A stretch of 41,075 bases of DNA from a virus (lineage: Duplodnaviria; Caudoviricetes). How positions within the stretch are numbered: the first letter of the stretch is position 1; every line of letters starts with the position of its first letter. This document shows positions 25,897 through 34,066 of this stretch, one piece after another. The stretch spans positions 1-41,075 of IMG/VR virus record IMGVR_UViG_3300037721_000036; one strand, given 5' to 3'. The notes under the pieces are model-generated. The model was not told the origin of the DNA. It made no database searches and worked only from the letters and a program-made list of their open reading frames with translations. Made by a program: the position numbers and the translations under genes.

Positions 25897-26105
25897 ACCG
25901 CCGGATGCACCAATGCCCCGGCGGATGCGGTCAACAGGTCGGTGTGACCGTACTCGCCTGCCAGACCGACTGGCGCCGCCTGCCGACCCAGATTCGCCAC
26001 CTGGTCATCACGGCGTACCGGCACGGTCCGGGCGGTACGGCACACCGAGAGGCCATCCTGGACGCGGTCCGGTGGTTCGGCAACAACCCGAGGGAGCGCA
26101 CGTGA
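25893..26105 (+). CDS. Small Zn-binding-like protein
   Basis: HQCPGGC...LACQTDWRRLP. Confidence 0.65.
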   Translation: MNRRMHQCPGGCGQQVGVTVLACQTDWRRLPTQIRHLVITAYRHGPGGTAHREAILDAVRWFGNNPRERT

Positions 26106-26452
26106 AAAGGATCATCGGAACGCTGCTGTACTGGCTGGCCACCCCGAGGGCGCGCCGTCGCCAGGCTGTCACCCCTGCTCGCGCGGTCGGGGTGGCACGG
26201 CCGTCGCCCGGCAGGCACGCCAGCGACAACCCGCGACGCACCATCGTGCCGGCCGACTGGATGCCCGAGTCCACCACGTCCGTACGCCCCCGGATCACCT
26301 ATCGGGAGCTGGTGCCGGCCGACTGGACCCCGGTGATCGGAGCCGCGCGTATCGCCGCGCTGCTGGACGACACCGGAGAGTGGCCGACCAGGGAGAAGAG
26401 GGAGCGCTGGCACGCCAACCTCCCGGCGCTGCCGGTCGGTACCTCCTGGTGA
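26102..26452 (+). CDS. Hypothetical protein with internal VPADW repeat
   Basis: CGAGGGAG SD; VPADW occurs twice. Confidence 0.55.
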   Translation: MKRIIGTLLYWLATPRARRRQAVTPARAVGVARPSPGRHASDNPRRTIVPADWMPESTTSVRPRITYRELVPADWTPVIGAARIAALLDDTGEWPTREKRERWHANLPALPVGTSW

Positions 26453-26453
26453 G

Positions 26454-26482
26454 TTGCACCCCTCACAGGTATCTGTTAGGCT
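26454..26482 (+). promoter_or_regulatory. Repeated promoter/operator
   Basis: TTGCAC-N17-TAGGCT with CTCACAGGTATCTGTTAG. Confidence 0.85.
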
Positions 26483-26527
26483 ACGGGGGTAGTTCACCGA
26501 GCGAGCGAGGGAGGGAGGGAGAACGCA

Positions 26528-26713
26528 ATGCCGAAAGACGAGAAGGGCAACCCGGTTCGCCGGCACGTGAAGCTGGAAAAGGTCCAGGGCAAGGACGCCA
26601 GCATCGGGGAGGACAAGAACCTCCGCACCGGCAAGGTCCAGGGGTACTCGATCAAGTCGCGGCCGGGGCGCGACGGTGCCGGCAGCAAGGGTGAAGGTCT
26701 CGGCGGACGGTAA
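26528..26713 (+). CDS. Small basic protein (61 aa)
   Basis: Strong GAGGGAG SD after the repeated promoter. Confidence 0.7.
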   Translation: MPKDEKGNPVRRHVKLEKVQGKDASIGEDKNLRTGKVQGYSIKSRPGRDGAGSKGEGLGGR

Positions 26714-26771
26714 CCGCCAGGGTGATACCGCTCACAGACACGTGAGCGGAACATGACAGGCAGTACAGAGG

Positions 26772-26804
26772 CACGGCACCGGGAAACTCGAACCCGGTGC
26801 CGTG
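26772..26804 (+). terminator. 12-bp hairpin, probable terminator
   Basis: CACGGCACCGGG/CCCGGTGCCGTG followed by TTGTAT. Confidence 0.55.
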
Positions 26805-26823
26805 TTGTATGGAGGGAGCAACA

Positions 26824-27027
26824 ATGGAACGGATTCCAGATGATCTGGCGGTCGTGTGCGCACTGATGTGGATGAGCGGCGCGACCGTGACAGAGATGTT
26901 GAACCGGGCGTACACGGCCGGGGTGGCGGAAGGGCTGCTCCAGGCGATCGAGCGGGCGGCCGGCGAGTCGGCATGCCGGTGTCCGGAGGGTGTGCACCGT
27001 CTTGGCTGTCCCGGTGAGCATCGATGA
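26824..27027 (+). CDS. Hypothetical protein (67 aa)
   Basis: GGAGGGAG SD; C-terminal CRC...H...C..H. Confidence 0.6.
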   Translation: MERIPDDLAVVCALMWMSGATVTEMLNRAYTAGVAEGLLQAIERAAGESACRCPEGVHRLGCPGEHR

Positions 27028-27305
27028 CACAGGTGGAATGGTCGCTGCTAGTCGACGGCGTGACGTTCGTCGGCATCGCGCTGGTGGGTCGCTGGCGTAA
27101 GGCGGGATGGTCCGTATCCATGTGCGCCCAGCTACTCAAGATCGGGTATGGTGCCACTTTCGCACTGCCGGGATTCGTAGGGTTCAGCGTGTTGATCTTC
27201 GCCGTATATGCCTTCCACCACTGGGACCACCGGGCCGAGCCATGGTCCAGCGTCAAGAGCCGTCAGGAACCGACCGCACAGGTGACCGGACGGCACCGGG
27301 TATGA
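27024..27305 (+). CDS. Three-TM membrane protein, PnuC-like half-transporter appearance
   Basis: WSLL..V..VGIALVGRWRKAGW...Q...GF...Y..HW pattern. Confidence 0.55.
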   Translation: MTQVEWSLLVDGVTFVGIALVGRWRKAGWSVSMCAQLLKIGYGATFALPGFVGFSVLIFAVYAFHHWDHRAEPWSSVKSRQEPTAQVTGRHRV

Positions 27306-27442
27306 GCCGCGATCCGGGACGTGAGACGACACACACAAGCGTGACCCTGGTCATCTGGCTGGCCGTGGGAGCCCTCGGCACGGCGCTGGTGTGCCTCGCC
27401 GGATGCCTATTCCTCGGCGCACTCGGCAGCGTGCTGCCATGA
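27302..27442 (+). CDS. Small single-TM protein
   Basis: Coupled; hydrophobic. Confidence 0.5.
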   Translation: MSRDPGRETTHTSVTLVIWLAVGALGTALVCLAGCLFLGALGSVLP

Positions 27443-27666
27443 GCCTGGATTACTTCCGTGGTTCGACCATGCCCGACGATCTCGCCTACCGCCGTCCCGC
27501 CAACGCTGACCAGTACGGTGCGCGAGCGGCCACCCGTGCCCGGCGCCGTCAGGCCGCCCGCAGGCGGGCACGCCGCCGGGCACTCCGGCTCGCGCGGACC
27601 CTGCTCATGGTGGGGTGCGTGCTCTGGGTCATCGGGTGGGCACTGTCGACGTTCGGCGGTGCGTGA
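27439..27666 (+). CDS. Small Arg-rich single-TM protein
   Basis: Coupled; C-terminal TM. Confidence 0.55.
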   Translation: MSLDYFRGSTMPDDLAYRRPANADQYGARAATRARRRQAARRRARRRALRLARTLLMVGCVLWVIGWALSTFGGA

Positions 27667-27881
27667 TGGCGTGCTGGGAATGCTCGGTGACGTCCGGGCA
27701 CTGCCGGCGCTGCGACTGCTGCCGCCCGGCCACCCAGCGGATCGGCAGTGCCGGTGGCGGGAGCGGGTCCAGCTCGCGCGAGCTGCGTCCGGCCTGCCTC
27801 GGTGCCGTGCTCATCTTCCTCGGGACGATGGTCACCGGGACGATCGGCGTGTATCACGGCCTGAGCGCACTACTCGGATAG
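27666..27881 (+). CDS. Small Cys-rich single-TM protein, last gene of the plus arm
   Basis: CWEC...CRRCDCC plus C-terminal TM. Confidence 0.55.
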   Translation: MACWECSVTSGHCRRCDCCRPATQRIGSAGGGSGSSSRELRPACLGAVLIFLGTMVTGTIGVYHGLSALLG

Positions 27882-27882
27882 C

Positions 27883-27923
27883 AGGAAGGACCGACCGCTC
27901 CGGCCGCGCGGTCGGTCCTTCCT
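27883..27923. terminator. Probable bidirectional terminator where the two arms converge
   Basis: 16-bp IR AGGAAGGACCGACCGC/GCGGTCGGTCCTTCCT between convergent genes. Confidence 0.8.
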
Positions 27924-27962
27924 CGCGCTCGACGGGCCGCTACCCGGAGCGCGCTCGCAACG

Positions 27963-28319
27963 TCAGTCGGCGCTGAGGCTTCCCAGCTTGGCGGTCGGGG
28001 TAACCGCCTGCCGGGTGACCATGGCCAGCGCCACCACGACGATACCTTGAACCAGCCCGATGCGCTCCTGGGTGAAGTCCAGCCCGTACGCGCTCAGCAA
28101 CGCCGCGATGGCCTGCACGACGTAGGTGAACGCCGCCGGTGCGATCGGGCGAACCATGGCCGCGTTGACGGCACCGAGCCCGGCGGCGATGACGGCCACG
28201 ATGAGGCCGGCCTGTTCGGCGGTGAGCCAGTCGAGCTGGAACGTCACCAGCAACGCGAGCACGAGCGAGGCGAGTTGAAGCCACAGTGTCGGCTCCCAGC
28301 GCAGCCCGAATCTGATCAT
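27963..28319 (-). CDS. Putative holin (118 aa, 4 hydrophobic segments)
   Basis: EPTLWL...LTAEQAGLI...RPIAPAAF...TRQAVTP; last gene of the lysis cassette. Confidence 0.7.
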   Translation of the reverse strand: MIRFGLRWEPTLWLQLASLVLALLVTFQLDWLTAEQAGLIVAVIAAGLGAVNAAMVRPIAPAAFTYVVQAIAALLSAYGLDFTQERIGLVQGIVVVALAMVTRQAVTPTAKLGSLSAD

Positions 28320-28321
28320 GC

Positions 28322-28660
28322 CTACCCCTTCCCTGGTGGCTGACATCCAAGATCGCGCCGAAGGTTCGCCATGTCTTCGGCGTAGCGCCGAGCCCGGTCG
28401 CTGGTCGGCGGGGTCTCCCGGCTGGAATCGTCCAGCCGCACGATGATCGCGCAGAATTTGTGCCCGGTCGCGTAGGCCACCTGGTTGGCGTACCACAGGG
28501 TGACCGCCGTCATGGCGAACATCGACACGTAGATGGCCACCAGGGCGTACACGAACGGTCGGGGTACCCGGACGGCCCCCATGCGCCCGGGCGCCCCGGT
28601 GGGTCCGACCGGCCCGGTCACTCCTGCCGGGCCGGTCGGACCGGTCGCGCCAACACTCAC
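28322..28660 (-). CDS. Membrane protein with N-terminal collagen-like Gly-X-Y repeats
   Basis: GAT GPT GPA GVT GPV GPT GAP GRM, then a TM helix and a C-terminal C...LGC pair. Confidence 0.7.
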   Translation of the reverse strand: MSVGATGPTGPAGVTGPVGPTGAPGRMGAVRVPRPFVYALVAIYVSMFAMTAVTLWYANQVAYATGHKFCAIIVRLDDSSRETPPTSDRARRYAEDMANLRRDLGCQPPGKG

Positions 28661-28959
28661 GGCTCACCGCCCCCCGAGGGTGACGGCAACGGCAAGGGCG
28701 ATGAGGACGGCGGAGACTGCGATGGCACACCAGGCGTAGACGGCTGACGCAGGGCCAGCAGCCCGGCGGCGCCAGGAACGCCCAGGAGCACCAGATACGC
28801 CATCAGCAACAGGCCGTCTACTTTCCCGGTCACCTGCTGGTAAGCGATACCCGAAACGCCCCCCAACAGAAATATTACGTCCCTTATCACCTTGTAGAGC
28901 AGGTCGTAGCGCTTCACGCATATCCGGCCCCGTGGTCTGTCATATCGGACAAATTCCAT
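28657..28959 (-). CDS. Two-TM membrane protein of the lysis cassette
   Basis: GAAAGGA SD; RDVIFLLGGVSGIAYQ and LLLMAYLVLLGVPG; Pro/Ser tail. Confidence 0.65.
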   Translation of the reverse strand: MEFVRYDRPRGRICVKRYDLLYKVIRDVIFLLGGVSGIAYQQVTGKVDGLLLMAYLVLLGVPGAAGLLALRQPSTPGVPSQSPPSSSPLPLPSPSGGGEP

Positions 28960-29011
28960 CACGTCCTTTCGGCCGGGTTCTGGGGCCGGTAGTTGGGATA
29001 AGTGCACTGCC

Positions 29012-29052
29012 TCAGTCGGGTACCCGTCAACTCCGGTCGGGTACCCGACTGA
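29012..29052. terminator. 15-bp hairpin downstream of the endolysin gene
   Basis: TCAGTCGGGTACCCG/CGGGTACCCGACTGA. Confidence 0.55.
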
Positions 29053-29059
29053 ATTGAAC

Positions 29060-30112
29060 CTATTCGGTCGGTGGATCGTCAGCCGTCTGGAGATCGGCCC
29101 CGGCACGCGCCAGCGCCTGTGCCAGACGCTCGGAACGAAGATCAGCGAATTCCCGCCGGGAACGCTCGGCAGCCAGTTCGGTTTCCAGCTCGGTGAAGCG
29201 CTCCAGTGCCTCGCCGTGTACCCGCTCGATGGCCGCCAGGATCGGCGCGGCCTCCACCGACCCGCCCGCACTCAGCGCCTTCACGGCGACCATCAGGGCA
29301 TCGTCGCGTACCGCGTCGGCCGCATCGCCCGCGCGCCGCTCGGCCCGCTCAATAGCCAGCTCCGCGCGCAGGGCACGAATGCCCATGCGTGCCTCGAAGA
29401 GCAGATCCCCGCTCGCTGCCGCGTGCGGCATGTCGTTGTTCGGACCACTCAGCAGCACTTGCCAGATATCCAACGGGACCACGTCGAGCCCTTCCTCTCT
29501 GATCCATTCGTCCAAAGGTTGCTGCCGTTTTACCGACAACATCGCCCGTTTGTTCATCCACGAATTCACGAATGCCCGGCATTCCGAATCGTGCTCGTGC
29601 CACAGGTGACTACTGCCGGCCGTGATGTGCGCCCCGGTGCGGAAGTTGCGCCCCTCGACAACGGTGTCCGCGTCCGCCTGCCCGTAGTACTCGACCCAGC
29701 CGACCAGGCGCGGATCGCCCCGGTCGGCAGCCTTTTCCAAGATCGCACAATCGCGAATGATGCTCGCGTAGCGGCCGGCCTGCGCGTCCGGGTAGGTCTT
29801 GTCGTACGCCGCCGCCTTGTCGTCCGGTCCAAGCATGTCGTCCGGGTGGCGGTAGCTGTAATTGCCGGCCCACCGGAGCTGGTTGGCCCTACGGCTGTTG
29901 TGAAAGCCGCTCTTGTCCGCATACACGCCACCGTCGAGCGTGCCGGGCGACAGGGCGAGGTTCTCGCCCTGGAACCACCAGGACGCAGCCGTGATGCGCG
30001 CGGGATCGCGATTGGGGCCGAGCCTGGATGCCCGCACCTTCTCCCGGTAGCCGGTACGCATCCGATCGAACATGATGGCGCGGACGTGTGCGCGTGTGAT
30101 CGTGATACCCAT
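29060..30112 (-). CDS. Putative endolysin (Zn-peptidase-like)
   Basis: Lies between tail and membrane genes. GFHNSR...AAAYD...HLWHEH resembles the H-D-HxH set of M15/LAS peptidases. Helical C-terminus. Confidence 0.65.
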   Translation of the reverse strand: MGITITRAHVRAIMFDRMRTGYREKVRASRLGPNRDPARITAASWWFQGENLALSPGTLDGGVYADKSGFHNSRRANQLRWAGNYSYRHPDDMLGPDDKAAAYDKTYPDAQAGRYASIIRDCAILEKAADRGDPRLVGWVEYYGQADADTVVEGRNFRTGAHITAGSSHLWHEHDSECRAFVNSWMNKRAMLSVKRQQPLDEWIREEGLDVVPLDIWQVLLSGPNNDMPHAAASGDLLFEARMGIRALRAELAIERAERRAGDAADAVRDDALMVAVKALSAGGSVEAAPILAAIERVHGEALERFTELETELAAERSRREFADLRSERLAQALARAGADLQTADDPPTE

Positions 30113-30156
30113 GACACATCCCTCCCAGGGTGCAGGCTACGGCACCGGGCAAGGAT

Positions 30157-30561
30157 TCAGGCGCTGAGCGCGAACCGGCAATCCATGTCCAGGTGGCCGA
30201 CAGCGGCACCGATGGCGCCGTGAAAGTCGAGCACGATCACGCCCGACGTGGCGATGTCCAGGCACACCGCCCGACTCGCGCTCGACCACACCGCGACGGT
30301 GGCCACGTGCTGGGCGGCCGCCGGGCGCCATCCGGCGGCCAGTGTGAACAGCGTCGAGGGGTTGGCCACAACGCTGGCGTTGGTGATCACACCGACCATC
30401 TCGATCATGTCGTCCACCAGCCGGTACTTGATCGGCTGATACCCGCCCGCGAGGTTGACCCAGGTGCCGGCCAGGGTGGGGGTCTGCCAGGCGCCGGGGT
30501 CGCGGGAGTTGAGCCGTGCCGCCGTCAGCCGGTTACCAGTCAGCCAGGTGTGCCGTGCCAT
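30157..30561 (-). CDS. Minor tail protein (134 aa)
   Basis: WLTGNRLTAARLN N-terminus; AWQTPTL..WVN..YR...LFTLAAGWRP, a typical tail-tip accessory pattern. Confidence 0.75.
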   Translation of the reverse strand: MARHTWLTGNRLTAARLNSRDPGAWQTPTLAGTWVNLAGGYQPIKYRLVDDMIEMVGVITNASVVANPSTLFTLAAGWRPAAAQHVATVAVWSSASRAVCLDIATSGVIVLDFHGAIGAAVGHLDMDCRFALSA

Positions 30562-30574
30562 GTTGTCGGCCCTC

Positions 30575-33500
30575 TCAGTGTGTCGCGATTGCTTCCGGTA
30601 CGGGGTAGATCTCGTCGCCCTGCGCGTGCGCCTTCACGATCCCGTTGACCGACCGGGCGGATACCGTCCAGTTCTGCCCGGTCAAGGTGCGCAGGGCGAA
30701 TACGGCGCTCTTGCTGATGGCGGCCGCGCCACCGGTCACCGTGCAGGTGAGTGCCGCGATGTCGGTCGGGGTGGTCTGGATCTGGTAGTCCGCCATGATC
30801 CCCTGGTCGTTGCCGGTGGCGGTCGGATTGTCGAACGCTTCGGTAAATCCGGTCAGGGGTGCGCGGGACGTGAAATCGTCCTGTTTCCAGGCAACCGCGA
30901 TCACCACGCACGCGGCCTCGCGAACAGACATGGGCAGGAAGTCGACATTCTGCGCGCTGGCGTTGGCCTGCGCGCTGGCGTTGTGGAGCAGATGCCCCCA
31001 CACCCACCTGAAACCCATGATCCGGGCCTGCGTGTCGGCAGCGGCCACGCCCCCCGTGAACGTCACCGTCGGTGCGACGTCGCTGCCGCCGCCCAGGGCC
31101 TCTTTGTAAAAGACCTGAACATTGTCGCTCGGCTGGAAGACAGCCATCCGCGTCCAGCCGAGCGGCGCATTGGGCACACCGGCGCCGGAGTTGCGGATGG
31201 CCGCTAACATGATCATCATATCGCCGGCGGCCAACCCCGCCGGGATGCCCGGCGAGACGCTGGCGTTCACGCCGTTGGCGATCGTCCCCGACGCTACGAA
31301 CGTGGGTGCCACGTCCGCGATGGCGGACACGGTGATCCGCTCCCCACCGATCATCACGTCCAGCGGGAAGTCGGCCGCATCCGTCGTCCACGGACGCTCC
31401 GGATCGATCTGGTTCAGGCTGGTGAAGCTGGTTGCCGTAGTGGTCATGCCCGACCCGCCGACTTTCGCCGTGTTGGTCGTGACCATGGGCATACCCGCCG
31501 TCGAGCCGACGTAGCCACCCAGCCACGGGCCGCCCGGCGTGGCGTTCAGCGCGATGGACCATGTGTAGGACCACAGGCGCTCCGTCATGCCCTGTGCGAT
31601 GGCTTCGATGTCTTCCGGTGGCAGCCAGGCCGGCGGATCCGCGATGGTGAGCGCGTCACCGACGTCGAGCAGCGCGGCCGCGCTGCGCAGCGCCGCGTCG
31701 TCGGTGTAGGGCTGACGGTGCAGATCCAGCACGATGCGCGGGTAGCGGGCCTCATCCCAGCTTCCCAGGTGCGCGCGGTGACCCACGGCGTTGGCCAGAT
31801 CGGTATCGGTGGCCACCCTGAACGGCAACTCCCGGTCGTAGCGTCCGACGCCGATCGGCGGGTCGGACGTGTTGAGCCGGTTCGGGTCGGTGATCTCGAC
31901 GTGGACGGTGGTCCCGCCCGGGCGTCGCCCGGTCAGGTCGTTGAGCAGGAGTTGATCGTCGTCGGTGGGCAGGAACGGCGCACTGAGATGGTTGGCCGGG
32001 TAGGAGAGCGCCAGGGACGCCTGGTCGTACATAGAGGAACGGCACCGGTAGGCCAGCCCGAGGAATTCGCGCGGTTCGTACAGGATGCCCTGGTCAGCTT
32101 CGGCGATGTCTTGCAGGAGTTGATCGGTCGTGGCGGCCTGTTGGACGTCCATGGCCACGCTGCCGTCCGCGTCACCGATGACCGTGCAGGCGATGCCCTC
32201 TTCCAGGCAGATGCGCTGCATGCGTCGGGCGGCCGCCTCGCCCGCGTAGCCGAGTGCGGCCACGTACTGATCATCGACACTGAACGTGTCCAGCCAGACG
32301 GCCACCTGACCGATCGGGGTGACCGACGTGGTCTCGTCCCCGGTCGGGTTGAGCTGGATACGTTCGAGCGTGAACAGACTGGTACTGGCCAGGGTCACCA
32401 GTGCGGCGCTGGAAGCACCGTCGATGATCATGTACGTCGAGACGCCGCCCCCGTCCTGGTAGGTCTCGATGCGGATGTGGTGGGTCTGGTCGTTGTACAC
32501 GCTGCCGCGCGCCGTGTCGGTCGTGCTCGACGTGGTACCGGTCGAGCCGGTCGCCGTGAGCACCAGTTCGCCGGACGTGTTGGCGGACAGATCGACCGTG
32601 GACACAGCCGTGGTGGGCGAGCTTTTGCCCGCTTGGGTGGCGAAGCGTAGCCGAGCAAGGACGACCGTCCCGCCCGCGTCGAACCCCCCGGTCGGTGCCT
32701 GGAAGTTGAACGCCACCACGTACCCATCGGTGCCGGGGGTCTCATGCACGGGCATCCGAAGATCGACCCCGGTGCCGTCGGACAGATCCAGCAACGCGGC
32801 CGAGCCGACCACGTTGGTAGCGCTGAAACGCAACGGTTCGGGGACGTCCACGCTCACCACGGACAAGGCGATGACGCCGTCCGGCGTGTCGTCGGTGGCG
32901 CTGACCAGATCGCTTTCCAGCGGCCACCAGGCGAGCGGACTGGTACGCGGCAGCGACCGCGTCAGCGCGCTGCGGACCGGCTTGGTCTTGGACGAGTGAT
33001 TGATCCTGCGCAGCACGCCGGCCGCCTCCACCGGTACGTACACGTCGGTACCGGTGACGTCCCAGCGCGGCGGCCAGGCGGCCACCTCCCCGGTGAAGCG
33101 GATCAGCCGATCGGTGACGGCGGCGTCCCCGTTCACCGTCCAGGTGCGGCCGGCATTGTCCGCGAACGACGTCGCCCCGGATGCCTGGATCGTGAAATCG
33201 GGGTTGGCGACCACGGTCCCCCCGATGGAGGAGCGGAGCTGGAAGGCGTACACGTCGCCGTTGCTGACGGCCGAGCCACCCTGCACGACGCTGCCGGTGT
33301 TGGCCGACCCAATCTCCAGTACCGCCGAGCTGGAAAAGATGGACGTCGTACCGGCCGTGACGACCGGCTCGCCGAGCTGGGTCCAGGTGCCCCCTACGCT
33401 GTCGGAGACGTAGAAGGTGGCCGTATTCCCGGCGGCGCCGTTGTTGACGTCCAGCGTGGCTCTGAGCGCGATGTCGCGGTGGTTGGGCAGAGGCTCGGTA

Positions 33501-34057
33501 GCGGTGGCCGTGATGGTGGTACTCGACCCCGTGGCCGACCACCTCAGCAGCGGCACCAGGTCGTCACCGAGCATCAGTGCCCAGGAGCGCTGGTTGCCGG
33601 TGGAAAGGTACTTGGCGGCCAGCACCGTGCCGGTCGTGTCGGCCCTGGTCGAGCCGGTGGTTTCCGCCCCGGTGAAGACCGGCATACGCATGTGGATACG
33701 GATGTCGATATCGCCCACGATGTCCAGGGAGGCGTGGTCGGGCGTGCTGGCGTAGTCGCCTTCCTCGCCCGTCATCACCAGGCGCATGCCGGCGATACCG
33801 TCCACGCACTGCCTGAACGGGGTGTTGCGGCCGAGTTGACCGAAGTACGGGGAATTCGGGTTACGGTTGGAGAATCGGCCGTCACGGTTGTTCAGGCTGA
33901 ACGTGCAGCGGCTCGCCTCGCCGCGCCCGGCCTCATTGGGTCGCGCGCGCGTGATGGTGACAGCCGCGTCGGAGCGCACGTAGGACGTGACGTCCACCCA
34001 CGCGCCGTCGATGTACAGCTCGCTGGTGAGATCGAGCACCGTTGCCGGAAACGCCAT
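30575..34057 (-). CDS. Large tail-tip protein (1160 aa) with LamG/ConA-like regions
   Basis: Follows the tape measure gene; WVDVTSYV...LNNRDGRFS N-terminus, YASTPDHASLDIVGDIDIR, PLAWWPL and ARRMQRICLEEGI. Confidence 0.8.
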   Translation of the reverse strand: MAFPATVLDLTSELYIDGAWVDVTSYVRSDAAVTITRARPNEAGRGEASRCTFSLNNRDGRFSNRNPNSPYFGQLGRNTPFRQCVDGIAGMRLVMTGEEGDYASTPDHASLDIVGDIDIRIHMRMPVFTGAETTGSTRADTTGTVLAAKYLSTGNQRSWALMLGDDLVPLLRWSATGSSTTITATATEPLPNHRDIALRATLDVNNGAAGNTATFYVSDSVGGTWTQLGEPVVTAGTTSIFSSSAVLEIGSANTGSVVQGGSAVSNGDVYAFQLRSSIGGTVVANPDFTIQASGATSFADNAGRTWTVNGDAAVTDRLIRFTGEVAAWPPRWDVTGTDVYVPVEAAGVLRRINHSSKTKPVRSALTRSLPRTSPLAWWPLESDLVSATDDTPDGVIALSVVSVDVPEPLRFSATNVVGSAALLDLSDGTGVDLRMPVHETPGTDGYVVAFNFQAPTGGFDAGGTVVLARLRFATQAGKSSPTTAVSTVDLSANTSGELVLTATGSTGTTSSTTDTARGSVYNDQTHHIRIETYQDGGGVSTYMIIDGASSAALVTLASTSLFTLERIQLNPTGDETTSVTPIGQVAVWLDTFSVDDQYVAALGYAGEAAARRMQRICLEEGIACTVIGDADGSVAMDVQQAATTDQLLQDIAEADQGILYEPREFLGLAYRCRSSMYDQASLALSYPANHLSAPFLPTDDDQLLLNDLTGRRPGGTTVHVEITDPNRLNTSDPPIGVGRYDRELPFRVATDTDLANAVGHRAHLGSWDEARYPRIVLDLHRQPYTDDAALRSAAALLDVGDALTIADPPAWLPPEDIEAIAQGMTERLWSYTWSIALNATPGGPWLGGYVGSTAGMPMVTTNTAKVGGSGMTTTATSFTSLNQIDPERPWTTDAADFPLDVMIGGERITVSAIADVAPTFVASGTIANGVNASVSPGIPAGLAAGDMMIMLAAIRNSGAGVPNAPLGWTRMAVFQPSDNVQVFYKEALGGGSDVAPTVTFTGGVAAADTQARIMGFRWVWGHLLHNASAQANASAQNVDFLPMSVREAACVVIAVAWKQDDFTSRAPLTGFTEAFDNPTATGNDQGIMADYQIQTTPTDIAALTCTVTGGAAAISKSAVFALRTLTGQNWTVSARSVNGIVKAHAQGDEIYPVPEAIATH

Positions 34058-34066
34058 CGCGGACCC

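Noticed and set aside
8032-26482. CRISPR array or mini-array from the ~30-bp palindromic repeats
   Set aside because: The copies are dispersed, separated by whole genes, and coincide with -35/-10 boxes. There is no regular spacer structure and no cas operon.
26772-26804. Minus-strand tRNA (TTCGAGT in the loop)
   Set aside because: It is a simple 12-bp hairpin with a 9-nt loop, antisense to local transcription; a terminator is more parsimonious.
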